A stretch of DNA of 63,931 nt, counting the filler, from Reclinomonas americana ATCC 50394 (Eukaryota): NCBI GenBank assembly GCA_048213135.1. It is 11 parts of 11 records of this genome, joined end to end, with 100 filler letters (N's around TTAATTAATTAA, not from the genome) between each part and the next. Parts side by side here need not be neighbours in the genome. Positions count along the whole stretch, not along the records: positions 9,989 to 19,381 come from AFZH01017867.1; positions 19,482 to 24,364 come from AFZH01017868.1; positions 24,465 to 37,141 come from AFZH01017870.1; 8 more parts are not named here. One strand, 5' to 3'. Positions 12,156 to 26,186 of this stretch are shown piece after piece. Under the pieces are notes generated by a model. It did no database searches. It was given only the letters and a program-made list of their open reading frames with translations, and had not been told where the DNA came from. Position 1 is the first letter of the stretch, and every line of letters begins with the position of its first letter. A program made the translations under genes and the position numbers.

Positions 12156-15100
12156 TCACGGCATGACTCTTCTCAACACGAATGCCAACATGACACCGAG
12201 GAGGAACATGAAAGAGAGAATGCACAGGAACCAGGTGTAGTTGTCATCGGGGTTGCCTTCGCCAGTAAAATGACCGGGAAGCTGCAAGGGAGAAAAAGGC
12301 AGCAAGAATGAGCACTGAGGCGGTGTGAAATGAGAATTGGCCAACACACACCTTGATGTTCATGCCAAAGATGCCAGAGATCTGTACGACACAGCACACA
12401 ACAGCAGTCATCAGCGAGGAGCGCTCGAGAACGATGGCTAACGGAAAAAACGCAACCAGGGTGAGAGGCAAGAAGATGATGCTGACCACGGAGAGAGTCT
12501 TCATCGACTGACTCATGCGCAAGTTGATCTCGTTCATCTGCGCCCCGGAGATTAGTCACTGTCTTTAACTCACTTACTCTCCCGCTCACACACACGTACC
12601 TCGAGACTGATCTTGGCCTGATAGTTATTGTACGCCTGATTGATCTGGTCACGCGCTTGGTCGAGCCTGTCAATGTAGAGCATCACATGCGACAACACGT
12701 CACGCATGTGCAGCTGCACGTCGCGATGCAGCAGATCCGTCTTGCGCGTCATCAGATACGAAATGAGTGTGCGCTTTGGCAGCAGACTACGTCGCAGCGT
12801 GTGCAGTTTCAGCCTGTGTTCCAGATGTGTCAGAAGGATTCTTGTCGTCCGCCAGGAAGAGGAAAGACAAGGAGCACACAAACCGAGTGTTCTTGATGCG
12901 TAAGAACACATCGGCTGCACGACCGGGAGTGAGAACGATTGCAGACCATGGGGGAAAAGAAGGGGCGAGACTCAAAAAACACCTTGCTCACTCATCGGGA
13001 ACTGCAGTACAGCAACAGGATGAGTGACACTGCCCGCATAAGCATTGCACAATTTAGCGCACTCACCGACATGGAGATTTCGTCCATGGCCACCGCCTTT
13101 TTGCGCACAAGTAGGAGTAAGATGTTGCGAGAGAGAGAGGCGCACACAAGAAGTCACATCTACACAATGGCACGTTACCTCTGAACCGACTTCGTCCACA
13201 CTAGTCGCACACAAATCAACCTGCACATCAAAGTGCACGTGCATAATGTAGCTCGTGTGCGGAATCGGGTGTCTCTGCGTGGGAAAAAGAGATAATGAAC
13301 ACAGCAACTCGCAACAGGGCAACTCACGGTGTGCCGACAGACGCACATCAGTGAGCACACGTCGCACAATCTCCATGCTGCCAAAATAGTTCTTGTGGTG
13401 CATCGTGATGACGACATTGTCGAACAAGATGATGTTGGCTGGGCAGTGATGCTCGACATCGACAGCCCCATCGCTCCTGCGCCAGAGTGTAAGATACGAG
13501 ACACATGCCGACCGACTGGTTGAAGATATCACCACCACGCACATCGAGGCAAAGCCGTGGAGAACCACAAAGAGGTAATTATCGTAGGCCTCCCATTTCT
13601 CTGCGCCCACACAGCGTGAGGAGGAGGCAGTCACTCTTGTGCGCAATTTGCACGCATGACTGACCGGGTGTGTCCTCGCTGAGAATGTCTTCGGTGGTGA
13701 GCGGATGCACCGCGTACACCTCCTCCAACAGCACCGACTCGTCCTCGGTGAGGTCCATGATGTCGATCCAGTACGACATGTCCTCGCTCTCGATGACGGC
13801 CTTGCGCAAGTAATGCAGGCACGCACGCAGCGAATCAAACGTGAACATGCTCTCCATGCGCGTGGGACTGCATGCAGAGTGAATGTGATTGTTTGGAGAG
13901 AATGCGATGCGAGGGGTTCCAGACGAAACGGTGATCCGGTAGCCGGAGCCATGCCACGCTTGGAAGGAGCGGCCAGCTCCACTGGACTGTTGAGACCCAC
14001 GATCTGGTGTCGAATAAGGTGAGCGACGAATACAAGTGTGCCAGGCATGCATATCACGTTCGGGAGTTACCAGCTTCACACGTCTCTCCATTTCGTGCTC
14101 AAACACTCGAATGCTCTCCCTGCGCGCGGCAGGTGAGTTATCACACAATCAAAGGGAGGAAAGGGGCATGAATACAGGTATGCACGAAACAATTCAGCGT
14201 CGACGACGGAGCGGTGATGCGGATGCGCAAAGGGAATTGTCATATCCTGTGACATCATGCACGAGTCAGTGTCCTTGCTCGACCACGATACGTAATCAAA
14301 GAGAAGAGAGAGAGAAACGAAGCTCGCTGGCCATTGTTGAAGCGGCGGAGGAGTGCCGGCGTGATTCTGCGGAACAGCTCACTCTGCGCAAAGTGCTGGC
14401 TGAAGGCCACCGCACGGTCCACTGCGACACGAACATACCAAAGTAGAGGAGAGTCAGCACGCGACACTGCTGGTTGTTGCATGCGTGTGGGACTGACCCT
14501 CGGCTTCTTCGCCGGCCAGCGAGATGCGATCGAAGCGCTCGACAATGTAATTGGCGGTCTCTATCGACGCCAGACTGCCCGATGACTGCAGAGCCGCGTG
14601 CCCAGACAGATCCGTCTGTGCGCAACAGCCATGAGTGAGCTCCTCAGCACATGGTGGGAACTGAACGAAAGGGCGTAGAGAAAAAGTCACCTCCGAATCC
14701 GACGGCAGCAGCGGGTGGTCGTGCATGTCCAAGGAGCCACTGGCACACGGACTCTCTCGTTCCTCATGGAGAGCAGCCGACTGACTGGCAATCATCACCT
14801 CGGCTGCGCACCGTGGCAACAGCGCATCAGCCAACGGACAGCATGTCGGAATCACACACGACAGGTGGAGTTACGCACTGCTTCGTCGACCACCAATGGC
14901 ACCAGGAACTACCATGCGTGACATGGTGTGCTCGAGAGCGGCATGCCGCTCGTGACCTTCGTCCTCAATCTCTGCAAACGAATCCGCGCTGGGCATTGGA
15001 GAACTGGCCAGATTCAAGTCATCACAACTCGGCGACGCTGCACCGGCAGAGTTGCCGAGTGGTACCATTGTCGGCAAGTGCAACAGCGACGGCTCGAGAC

Positions 15101-16166
15101 CCGAGACCTGCGGTGACGGTGAACACGGTGGCTCCACGCCAACGACAACTGCGGCCACATCGCTGCTGTCGACGACTGTGGCAGCGAATGGCGATGCTCT
15201 GCGACCGACAGCAGCGTGAGTGGAGAAAGCGGTGAATGAAAACATGAGTATCACGCAGACCGATCGCCAACAAAGGCTGCTGGTGTTGCTGTTGGCGGAG
15301 GCGACGGTTGTTGGAGCGTGATCCCCGGCGACTCGGCAGCTGCTGACGGCAGCGGGGAGACAGTCTCATCGAACGGATTCGGAGGCACCAGTCCCGGTGT
15401 GAAAGGAATGACAGCCGGCGTCGGTGGCACAGCCGACAGAAACGCTACGGGGAAGACAAAGGGCGACGGTGTCGACACACCAGCCGCCGGTGTGTTCGCC
15501 GGAGTGTATGACATCTCACGCTCCACCGCAGCTGCTGCGCGACGCCGACGCTCACCCGCCGCCATGGCGCGCACACGCTCCGACTGCGCTGATATGGACT
15601 GTGTGCCAAAAGGTGCGTGCGAAACGCAACGCAGTGAGGAGGCGGCAAGGGAATCAAGAGCACGCAGCGCAAAGCGGACGCAACATTGTGCCGCGGGCGT
15701 CCGTGCCCATTGGCACCAGCAATGAACCACGGCACGTGACCGTGGTGCCCGTGCTCTGCCGTCATCGCTGCCGGCGTCTCTTGCGACACATCCGAACGGT
15801 GACGATGCTGGCGAGGATGAGTGTGGCGGTGTGGGTGATGGCTCTCGTGCTTTGGCCGCCGTGCACGGCCAGAGGACCTGCGCTCCGCAGTCGTCTCCGG
15901 ATCAAATCGCACTCCGCGGCCATCACCACCACCACCAGCACCAGCAGCAGCCACCGCACCCACTGGTGGAGTGGCGACATCGCTTCCCTCACCGCCAGCG
16001 TCTTCGCCCGCCAGCAAGCCCTCATTGGAGCTCGTCTCCGATTCCGACCCCTCATCGCTTTCATCATCATCATCATCATCTTCATCATCGTCGTCCACCA
16101 CCTCCGCGCCATTCTCCTTGCGTGGCTGCTCACCACAGCGAGCAGTGGACTGCGTGACAAGAGAAA

Positions 16167-16197
<31 letters not shown>

Positions 16198-16545
16198 CCG
16201 CTGTCACCACTCAATGCACGCATGGAGGAGTGCGCTCAGGCATACCGATTTGCGTCGTGTGACCGGGCGCAGCTCCACGTTGGTCACATCCAGCACATCC
16301 TCCTCCCCCTCCGCACCACCACCATTCACACCACGCGCACCAGCGGGCTGCGGAGTGGCCGGGTCGTCGCCTCCAAACTCCACAGTGGTCGCGGACGACG
16401 ACGACGACTGCTGCGGAAACAGCAGTGGCAAGGCCGCCGAGGTGCCGGTGGACGAGGGCGAAGGCGACGGACTCGAGCCCTCTTCCTTGTCCTCGCTGCT
16501 GCCACCGCCACCACCGCGAGTGCGAGCGCGCAACTGCGACGACAT
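12156..16545 (-). CDS. CorA-family Mg2+ transporter, Alr1/Mnr2-like, with long disordered N-terminus
   Basis: YWIDI..VHPLTTEDILSEDTP|EKWEAYDNYLFVV; SQSMKTLSVVSIIFLPLTL|ISGIFGMNIK (GMN motif) followed by a second TM. The start at 16545 is inferred. Confidence 0.9.
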
Positions 16546-16635
16546 GTCGTTTCGTTGTTGGCGGTGAGTTGCAACGTCCCGTCGTCCTCTCCGTCTCTCT
16601 TCCGTCTCCGATTAGATCGTCGACTGACAACGAGG

Positions 16636-18343
16636 ATGGGGTACTTGGAGAACCCGCGGGCCATCCTGGAACACCAGTACGCCGCAGAGGGTTACGTGTG
16701 CACGTGGAACTATGTGTGTGTCTGTCTTTTCTCGCCAAGCAAAACATGCATGCATTCCGTCTGGAAGCGTGTGTTCTGCGTTCCGTTCTGTCCCTGCATG
16801 TGTGTGCGCACGTGCGTCTGCCTGTTAGCCTCCACATCCGCTGCGTGTGTCGTCTCGTTGTTTTGCGTGGTCGGCGTTGAGTGGAAATGTCGGAACTTAC
16901 TCACTCTCTCTCTCTTGCGCGTCGCAGATCACTCGATCCTCATTCGCCTGGTGTTTGGCCAGTTCTGGAACCAGACTGTGGTGCCGCGCATTCCGCGATG
17001 GATCGCACCAAACGTGATTACGCTGACGGGAAGGTTTGATTGCAACTTGGTTTCTTGCTGAACTCCGCTCCTGCTTACACAAGAAACAAAAACGCCTGTG
17101 CTCTTTTCGCGCAGTGCGGGTGTGTGGGTCGCTCTCGGACTGTATCTGTGGTTCGCGCCGACGCTCAGTGAACCGCTGCCGACATGGGTGGTTGTTTTCG
17201 CTGCGGTGTCGATCATGTTTTACCATCAGATGGATGCACTCGATGGGAAGCAGGCACGACGACTGGGCGCAGGGTGCGTGGCGTTGCAGAAGGGTGGCCT
17301 GGGGAGCGATGGCAACAGTAGAGACTCACTGTGTCTTGTCGCACAGCAATTGTCTTGGCGAGTTCTTTGATCACGGATGCGACAGCATGGTCATCACTGT
17401 GGTTGTTCTGCTGCTCATTGGCACACTACGACTCGGCGACTCGTGGGCCGGCGTCATGGTGACAGTGTCGGTGTCATACGTCGGCTTTTACATGGCGCAC
17501 TGGGAAGAGTACCACACGCACATGATGATTCTCGGCGTGGCCAATGGACCCAACGAGGTTTGTGTGTCTCGGCAGCGTGCTGCTCTCTTGCTTTTGCGAC
17601 GGATGCTGACGTGTGTGATGGCCTTGGCAGGGTGCATACGTGCAGGCGTCGGTCATGCTGTTCACTGCGGCCGTGGGACCCGACTGGTGGCCGAGCCACG
17701 AGAACATTCGCTTCATCACGATTGTGCTGCTGTCGTTTGCTGGCGTCGGCTACATGGTGGTACAGAACGTGCTCAACACCATTCCAGTGGTCAACCGGGA
17801 AAAGCCGCCACACGGAAAGCGACCGTGCGTCCTTCATTTCTGCTCACTTCTGTCTTCATCAGCACGCTCATTTTCGCACGACAGTGTGCTCGGCGAGGGC
17901 TGGATCGATGCACTCTTTGTGCTCATCCCGCTGATTCCGCTGATCATCTTTACGCCGCTCTTCAAGCTCGCCGCACCGTCGGTGTTTGCCTCGTCTGCGC
18001 CGATGGCGTACCTGATGCAGATGCTCATCTTGGCCTACCTGAACGGCTACCTGCTGGTGTGCCACATGGCGCACGAGAAGTTCCCGCGTTTCCACCCCGT
18101 GGCTCTGGTGCCGATTCTGATTCTCGCCAACTGCTAGTTGCGTGCCCAGCCGACGTGGGGGAGGCTGTTTCTGTTGTCTCAACGCGTGTGCACAGCATTG
18201 GACCGCTGGATAACCTGCTGGCGCTGCGTATCGGCACGGCCCTCTGCCTGCTGCAGCACGCACATTTCATCGCATGGACGATCCGTACCTTCCAGTCGAT
18301 CCTCCAGTGCCCGATCCTGACCGTCGACAAGAGCAAGCAGTGA
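16636..18343 (+). CDS. CEPT1: Choline/ethanolamine phosphotransferase (CDP-alcohol phosphatidyltransferase)
   Basis: PRWIAPNVITLTG, DALDGKQARRLGAG|NCLGEFFDHGCDS (CDP-AP motif), FYMAHWEEYHT; multiple TM segments. Confidence 0.85.
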
Positions 18344-18637
18344 GCGCTGGTGTCAAGTGGCTAACTAAGTGACCAGTCTCTCTCGCTGCATGTTTTTTTG
18401 TGGTGTGTACTATCTATCGTTGCGTCAGCATCGTGGTCATGAGTTCACTTTCCTTGTCTCCTTTGCCACAACACAATCGTCACTCGTCGATGGCTGATGG
18501 TCACTTAATACGGGGAGCACACACAACGAAGGCCCTCCCCACCCGTCTTACACAAGTGAGGGGGGACATGCAAAAAACACGGCAGATGATACACACAAAC
18601 AGAGATTGAGAGATAGAGGTAGAGAGAGGCTCCGACG

Positions 18638-20210
18638 TTAGAAGCAATTGTTGCCTGCCACCGACCGGTACTGGAAGTACTTGACCGTGGCCCACCTGCG
18701 TGCACGTTCCGACGAGTCAACAACACCTGCAGTGACAACGACAGGCAGCAAACGACGACATACCACCACAGCAGCGCCGCCAGGATGATGAAAATGTGCC
18801 ACCAGTGGTGGCTCGCTCCGAGCAAGTCGAACCGACCCGGCCACTGTCGCTCGGGCCACCTGCAGCGACACGTGAGCGGATGCTGCCTTCCCGACACACG
18901 GCAGAATGGACACGGAACGCAACATGGCAAAGTAGAACACGAATGCAATAATGTACAGCATGAACATGGACACCATGGGAATGAAGAAGAGGAACACCTC
19001 CTCCAACTGCGCACGACAAGGAGAATGAACACAGCGCACAGCAAGGAATGGTGTTGCAGGGGAGGAGGATTGCGCGCACCGTCGCAATACCAAACAGCCA
19101 GTGGAACGTGGGAACCAGGCCGAACAGCGCATTGGCCAGGAAGAAGAAGGTGCGCACCATGACGAGAGCCGGCCGCCGCGAGATCTGTGGGATGCAAGCC
19201 AGCACCAGGCCGACGACGAAGAAGAAGGCCAGGATGCCGAGGTACACGGCCTGTGCCACCGAGTGGCAGTAGAAGCCGTAGTCTGCACGTGCCGCGTGTA
19301 AGGGGAAAGGGAGGGGGAGGGAGAGAGAGCACACACACAAGGGTGACGCAACAAATGCCGGGGAAGCTGGAACCCATAATCNNNNNNNNNNNNNNNNNNN
19401 NNNNNNNNNNNNNNNNNNNNNNNNNTTAATTAATTAANNNNNNNNNNNNNNNNNNNNNNNNNNNNNNNNNNNNNNNNNNNNCACACACACATTCACATTC
19501 TCACGCGCAAAAACGAAACTCGGCACACAACAGTCCAACAGCGACACTGCCGCCGGGCGCTCCATGTCAAAGCAGTCGCGCTCAGCATCCGGGCGCGTCT
19601 TGCGCTTCAACCCCTCACCCTTCTGCGCACACGCCGCGAAGAATCTCAGAAAAAAACATCAATAAAAACAGTCAACTCACACACTCGCTCTCACCTTTCT
19701 TCTCTTCCTGGGCGCGCCTGGCGACGACGCCTCTCCCACTGCGCCATCTGTGGTGGTGGTCGTCGTCACCGTGGCCACCACTGTAGTCACCGTTGTTGTT
19801 GACTGATGCTGTTGCTGTTGCTGTTGTGAATCGTCCAGTGCCTTCTCCTCCTGCTCCTCTTCTGCCTGTGGCTGGCGAGTGACCGTCGTCGTGGTCATGG
19901 TCTTGGTGGTGTGCGTGGAGGTCGCCGACGACGCAGACGCAGCTGCGGCGGCAGCAGTGGCCGCCGCCACTGCCACCTTGATGGCGTGCTGTTGGTGTTG
20001 CTGGAGGAGACGGTTGTGACCCTCCTCTACATCCTCGTCTTCCTCTTCATACTCCTCGTCGTCTTCCTCCTCGTCGGCGTGGTCCAGAAACGAGGCATAT
20101 TCGGCGGCCTCGGAGGCGCCAATGGCGTGCGAGATGAAGGCCAGAGTGGTGCTGCTCGAGGCCGGCTCGCTGTTGCTGCCGAGCGAGGAGGCACTGCCAC
20201 TGCGCAGCAT
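18638..20210 (-). CDS. PAQR/adiponectin-receptor (haemolysin III) family membrane protein spanning a gap; acidic low-complexity N-terminal exon probable
   Basis: IMGSSFPGI..YGFYCH, WPERQWPGRFDLLGASHHWWHIFI in 18638-19381. Linkage to the 19482-20210 exons across the gap is inferred. Confidence 0.75.
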
Positions 20211-20262
20211 TCTGGTGATTGAGATGATGTCCTGCAACGCGCGAAGTTGAATCGTCGAAAGA

Positions 20263-20609
20263 ATGAGGTCGTGGGTGTGCGTGGTGTGTGTGGTGCTGTG
20301 TGTGGTGTGCGTGGTCAGCGCCGATGCGTTTGCCACGGGCGATGTGGTGCCGGCGAGAAAGCGCTCGCAGTTCAAAAAGGTGTGTGTGTGTGTGCACTGC
20401 CTGCGCAAGTTTGTTATTGTGTGGAGCTCACCTGCGTGTGTGTGCAGCAACGCACACAATGGAGCGAGTTGATTGCGTCGCAGTGCCCGCGCTTTGGCGT
20501 TGATCGCGCGGTCAACTTGCAGCTGCCGGCTGACACGCTGCTGAGCTTGGATGAGCAGCGAGGGTCGGATTACAAGTTGTTGCGTGTGTGGGAGACGCAC
20601 ACACACACA

Positions 20610-20652
<43 letters not shown>

Positions 20653-21136
20653 GCACATGTATGCATGACACGACGAGACGATTCACATGACACGCCTCAT
20701 CTCTTTCTCAGTGCCTTTGAGTTTGGTGGCGTGCGTGCTACGCCGTGGATTCTCGTGTACAGTGTCGGCACCGAGGCCAAGATGCTGTCGCAGCTGGTGT
20801 TTGAGTTTACGCACACGCGCGGCAACATTCGCGCCCTCAAGTACACCACCTACTATCAGGATGTGGACCCCGATCGACCTGTTGGTGCGCGCTGTTGCTT
20901 GCTTGCTTTCCCGCATGCCCCACCGTGTGTTCTTCTCTCATGAGCGGCGTGAGGCAGTCGGTCACCGCGTGTCGGTGGTGTACAAGTGGATCGACGAGGC
21001 CTCCGATCCCGACTTGTCGTACGCCTCCACGTTTGTCGCCTTCCTCGGTCTCGTCGGCTGCGTGGCCATTGGGTTCATCATCTGGCGCGACTCGGGTCGC
21101 CAGATGCGCACCATGAAGAACAACTTCAACGCATGA
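20263..21136 (+). CDS. Uncharacterised type I membrane protein resembling a conserved plant/algal family
   Basis: Signal peptide, then FATGDVVPA..RTQWSELIASQCPRFG..DYKF|AFEFG..TPWI..VSVVYKWIDE, then a C-terminal TM; four exons. Confidence 0.65.
20598..20656. repeat. (CA)n microsatellite inside an intron
   Basis: Near-perfect CA dinucleotide run. Confidence 0.9.
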
Positions 21137-21197
21137 TAGAGGAAGACACACACGTCGCCTGCAGCGCAAACGACGACGGCAATAACAACAAAGAAAT

Positions 21198-21838
21198 TCA
21201 TCGTCTCTTTCTCTTCTTTTGTGGTGGTTCTCCTGCTGCTGCTGCGGCTGCTGTTGCTGTCTTTTGCGTGCCGCGTGGGGCGAGGGCGGCCACCTGCTGC
21301 GCGGACCACTGCCGTGACGAGGGCGCAGTGAGAGTGGCGAGGAACGGCGACACACGGTCGACGACCAGCTTGCAGGCGCGCCCGGCCACCTCCGACACAA
21401 ACGTCAGTGCCGACCACGCCTTGGTCACTTGCCGGCGATCGGAGAGCACCAGAATGGCATTGCGCGTGCTCTCGTCATAGTGTAGCACATCGAGGCAGCA
21501 CGATGCCGCCCCGACCACGCCCAGCGTCGCACGCAGTGTCTCCGCCATGAGTTGCGCAAAGCGAGCGCGAGAGACCTCCACATCGCGTTCTGCGCGGCCG
21601 AAGACTCTGCGCGGGGAGTGAGTGCGAGGTGTTGAAGACGCAGTAGGCATGAGCGCAACAGTGTGCATTTGAAAAACACGCGCGATGGTCGCCACGATCG
21701 ACGCTGCATGGAGCCCGCAGAGCTCTCCTCCACTTCCGCGTCCTCCATCTCCCTCTCCTCTGCAGGCTCGTCATCGGCACTCGAGCCGGAGCTGTGCATG
21801 CGGTCGTCGCCGTCGTCGTCTTCTCCGTCGCTTTGCAT
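21198..21838 (-). CDS. RPP14: Rpp14/Pop5-family RNase P/MRP subunit
   Basis: LRATLGVVGAA..LDVLHYDE..AILV..KAWSALTF..VVDRVSPFLATL; C-terminal basic NLS-like KKRKRR. Confidence 0.7.
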
Positions 21839-21931
21839 GTGGGTCAAACAAACACAGGACCTTTTTGTTCGACGTTCTTTACTACGTAAGGATTTGGCAC
21901 ACGTGCCCCACGTCGCAGCCGGGTGGGCGGC

Positions 21932-24364
21932 TCACCGAATGCGCCCTCGCTTCAGTCGTTTTACGCGTTCAAGTAGGCCTTCGAGATGGATCGGAGTCCA
22001 GGAGGTGGAACCGCTTTGCGCATCCGTATCTTGCGCATACACCAGATCCTTGTCGAGGAACACCGTGACGCCGCCAAAGCTGTACAGCTGGCGACCCTCG
22101 TGCCTGGCGTTCTGCTTGGGCATAAACAACACCTCATTCTCCTCGGCGTGCAGGCAGGCAACACAAAGAGTCAAGGACGACAGGGGGGAACGAAACAACA
22201 TGACACGCGGATGAAGAAGCAAACACAAAGGATATGAATCGCTCGACCACGTCCTTGATGCTGACGGTGGCACGCTGGCGTGCGTAGTTCCGCAATGCTT
22301 CGGCCTCGGCAGCTTCACGCTCCAACGCACGATGGCGCTCCACGTCGGAGGTGGCAGCGGCCACGCGCGGCCGCAAATGGGCGTCGGAGATGGGCTGATT
22401 GCTGACGGCCTGGTTCATCATGGCCAGCGCCTGCGTGAACTTGGCGCGCACCGGCTCGAGTTGGGCCACGGCCTCTGGGAACAGCGACTTCCAGCCGAGG
22501 TACCACCGCGTGACCTCTTCGTAGTTGGGCTGACTCTGCAACCACGTGTACAACACGTGGAACCACTTGGGGAAGAAGTTGGCGTCCAGGATCGCTACCA
22601 TTTGATGCTGCGAAGACAAGGCACACCATCTCGTGAGTCGCATAGACGATCAAGACGAGGCGGTGGTGGTGACGGTGATGATGTAACCCACCGGGAACAA
22701 CATGTCGGCCCAGAGCATCACCCACTGGAAGCGCTCGATGCGCTGGTCCTTTGGGTTGATCTCGAGTGCGTCCATGGCGAGCGCCAGCTTCGGCACAATG
22801 CTGCGTCCCAGCAGCGCCTCCAGCGACGCGACATCAAACACATTCTTCCACGGCAGCAGAATCACGTGTGCCGAGGAGTCGGACGGGTGCCACTCCTGCA
22901 GCGCCTGTTGCATTTTCGTGCGAATCGTACTGAAGATGCCGTGCGTCTCGAATTGCCGATCTGCAGACACGCACACAGGCGCGTCAGCGATTACTCATGG
23001 AAGGGGAGGGAAGGGCACACGTACCAAAGAAGGTGAGCCACGGCAGCACCCACGAATGAATGGGCACCGAGTCCAGCCGCGGATTCCACTCATCCACCGT
23101 CATGCGCAGCTTCGGCAGCACCACCTGCTCGAGAATGTAGCGCAGAATCGGATGCGGCAAGAGGCCACTGAATGCTTCGACAATGTACAATGCCGGGTCG
23201 GGGTCGCGGGGGTCCCACAAGTTGCTGCGCAGAGACGATTCAGCGAGTTAGACAAACAAAAACAATACGATCATTATCGTGCGGGTCGTCAACTCACCAC
23301 AAGGCAGAGCGGATTCGATGCAGCACAACTTCGCTGATGAGCTGCGTGTATGGTCCCTTGCGATCCGCGGCATCTGACGGCACATACACACACACACACA
23401 CAGTGAGACATGCAAACTCATACCATAAACCCAGTCTCCCACTCGCTGCTCCTCACCGTCGCCACCGCCGGCGGTCAACAACAACTTCCACGGTCGTAGT
23501 ATTTGTGCGGCCATCTCCGCGTCCGTCAGCGGATTCCACGTGCCCAGCCGTCTCTTGATTTCGGGAGCGGCAATCGAGGCCGCAATGGCCGGCACGCCGT
23601 ACTGCATGTACTCGACGGGGTAGCGGTGCTTCAGATTGTCAAAGACATCCACCAACGACTCCAACAGCGATGCCGTTTGCTCTGCTCACACCAATGAGAC
23701 AGACAGATCGACACAAGAGGGACGGGCACGACTGCAAACAACAACTGACCTTGTACGCGCGCCTCAGTCACCATCTTGTGACAGCGCCGTGCAATGTCTA
23801 GTACCTCTGTCACGCGCTTCGCTCGCTGCTCGATCTCACCGAGCCTGGTCTCCAACGTCTTGGCCTCGTGTTGCAAATTAACCAGCTTATCGGCGGCCGT
23901 GCTGATTTCCCGCACCACATCACCACGATGTGAGGAGGAGAAAGGCACGACATCTGCGGGTAGGACTTGCAGCACATACCTTCGTCGTCGATTAAACTCC
24001 AGCACGTCTCTCTCGCTGAGCTCTGCGAGGCGCTGCAGATTGTAGCGCAGCTCCTTCAGCGGACCCTTGATGTGCTCGTGTGGTGCGACGGCCGCCGGTG
24101 CCGCAGCCGAGGCACCAGCCAGACTCGGCAGCACTCGCTCCACTCCCGAGGTGTAGTCGATGATGAGCTGCTTTTGCGCGGACGGAGCCACCGACCGGAG
24201 CAGTTCGTCAACCGTTTTGTAGACGACCTTGACTTTCTGTGCACGGCGGTGAGAAGGGAGACATTCACAGTTTCACACAGTCGGGCAGAGAGGCACGTAC
24301 CCTGCCACCACGCCGCCAGTTGCCGGTGGGAGCCGTCTCCACATCCACTCCTGCGCCGGCGTCA
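21932..24364 (-). CDS. TFIP11: Tuftelin-interacting protein 11 / Ntr1 (spliceosome disassembly), GCFC domain; 5' end in gap
   Basis: IIDYTSG, ELRYNL, VVLPKL..WNP..IHSWVLPWL, WHPSDSSA..PWK, FFPKW..WL..PNYEEVTRWYLGWKSLFP. Confidence 0.9.
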
Positions 24365-24464
24365 NNNNNNNNNNNNNNNNNNNNNNNNNNNNNNNNNNNN
24401 NNNNNNNNTTAATTAATTAANNNNNNNNNNNNNNNNNNNNNNNNNNNNNNNNNNNNNNNNNNNN

Positions 24465-26087
24465 TGACTCCCGCGGTCGATGGACCATTTACCTGGCGTC
24501 GTGGTGGATGATTGGTGCCGTGTTCTGCGCGCTGCTGGCGCTGCTGACGATCGAGCAGCTCGGGTGGAGAATTTTCGTGGCCCTGTGCTCCTTGCCGTGC
24601 ATCCTGTGCGCCTGCTTCTTCACTCTGGTGGTGGCCGGTACGTGCTGGCGGTGTGCGAGTGTCTCACTTCTGTCGATTATTTATTGCTAATTGGTTGGCG
24701 GGCAGAGTCACCAAGGTTCCAGCTGGTGCACGGAAACCTGCAGGGCGCAGTCAAGACCCTCCAGCAGATGCTCATTGTGAATCGCACTGGTCAGCTCGGA
24801 TGCAAGTTGTGTTTCTGTCACCCTTTTTGTTTGCACGATGCCGTCCGAGCCGTCTCACTGGGAGAGAAAATTGTACGTCGTGGGCAGGAGCGTCACCAAC
24901 AGCGCACAGTCCGATCGGCGACTGCGCGAGTTGTGGTTCTCGTCGGTGACCCCGCTCATGGCAAAAGAGGACGGTACGGGTGCCGGTCATCGCGCCGAGA
25001 CGCCAATGGCCGACGCCAACACGTCAAATCACTCGGCCAGTGACGAAGAACTGGAGTCGGCCATGTCGGCGGGCAAACCGGCGCAAGTACGCATCACGGA
25101 GCGCGAAACACTTCTCGACGACCAACAATGTTGCGTCTGCGTGTGGTGTGCCACCGCGCTCGCCTCCACGCACGTTCACTGATGGATGGGTGGTCAACGC
25201 AGCGACCGATGCCGGCCTGCTCATCTGTGGCAAACGGCGCTGCTTGCACATTGGCTCGGGCGGCACACGGCGCACCGTGATCTTGTCGTTCTTCTTGCTG
25301 TTTGGCGTGTGGTTCTTCCTGTCGTTTGGCTGGTACGGATTGTTGTTGTGGCTGCCGGAGCTGCAAAAGCAAAAGGTGACAATGGGAGAGACGAAAAACA
25401 GAGGAGGGTGGATTACTGATTGTTGTCCGCAGGGCATTCCCGACGCCGATGTGTACGTCAACAATGTGATTGTGGCGCTCGGCAATCTACCCGGCAACCT
25501 CGTGTCGGCGTGGTTGGTCGAGGCGATTGGGCGCAAGTGGACGCTCGCGTGGTCCATGGTGTTGGGGTACGTTTTTGCGTTTGTTAGCTTGGTCTTGATA
25601 TTTGTTGTTGATTACGCACCGCAGCTGCGTGAGTGTGTTTGCCTTCTTCCTCGCCGAGTCCACGTGGGGTGTGGTGATTGCCGCCACCGTCTTCAATGCC
25701 GTCTCCGTCGGTGGCTGGAATGTGCTCGACGTGTACTCGGCCGAACCGTTCCCCACCACCATCCGCTCCACCGCCATGGTGCGCTGACCTGCCATTCTCA
25801 CTGTGTTGTGTGAATCTCTGACGCTAGCTCGGCAGGGCACCCTGAGCGCCGGTGGCCGTATCGGCGCCATTGTGGCCACGACTCTGGCCGGCGCGCTGAT
25901 CGAGACGCACGTCTCCGTGGTGCTCTTGGTCAACTCGGTCGCCGTGCTGATTGGTTGCCTGTGCGCACTGGTATTGCCGCGCGACATGGCGCACCAATAC
26001 ATGGCCGACACCACCATGCACACACCGGAGACAGCAGAGCATGCACCCGCGGCCGTCGAGAACGGCGACGGTGTGATTAGAATCTAA
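24465..26087 (+). CDS. MFS transporter, SV2/SVOP-like; 5' end in gap
   Basis: RGRW..GWRIF..ESPRF, SFGWYGLLLWLP, LPGNL..IGRK, VYSAEPFPTTIRSTAMG..GRIGAI. Confidence 0.85.
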
Positions 26088-26186
26088 ACCTGCGGTGTTT
26101 TGTTGATATTGTTCAAGTGAATGAGTTTGACACATATGCATGCATATGTCGGCGTTGTCGGAGCTCGACAGGTGCGTCGACGTGCC

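Noticed and set aside
15424..17061. 545-aa ORF on the + strand
   Set aside because: Mostly antisense to the CorA N-terminal exons plus read-through of the first CEPT intron.
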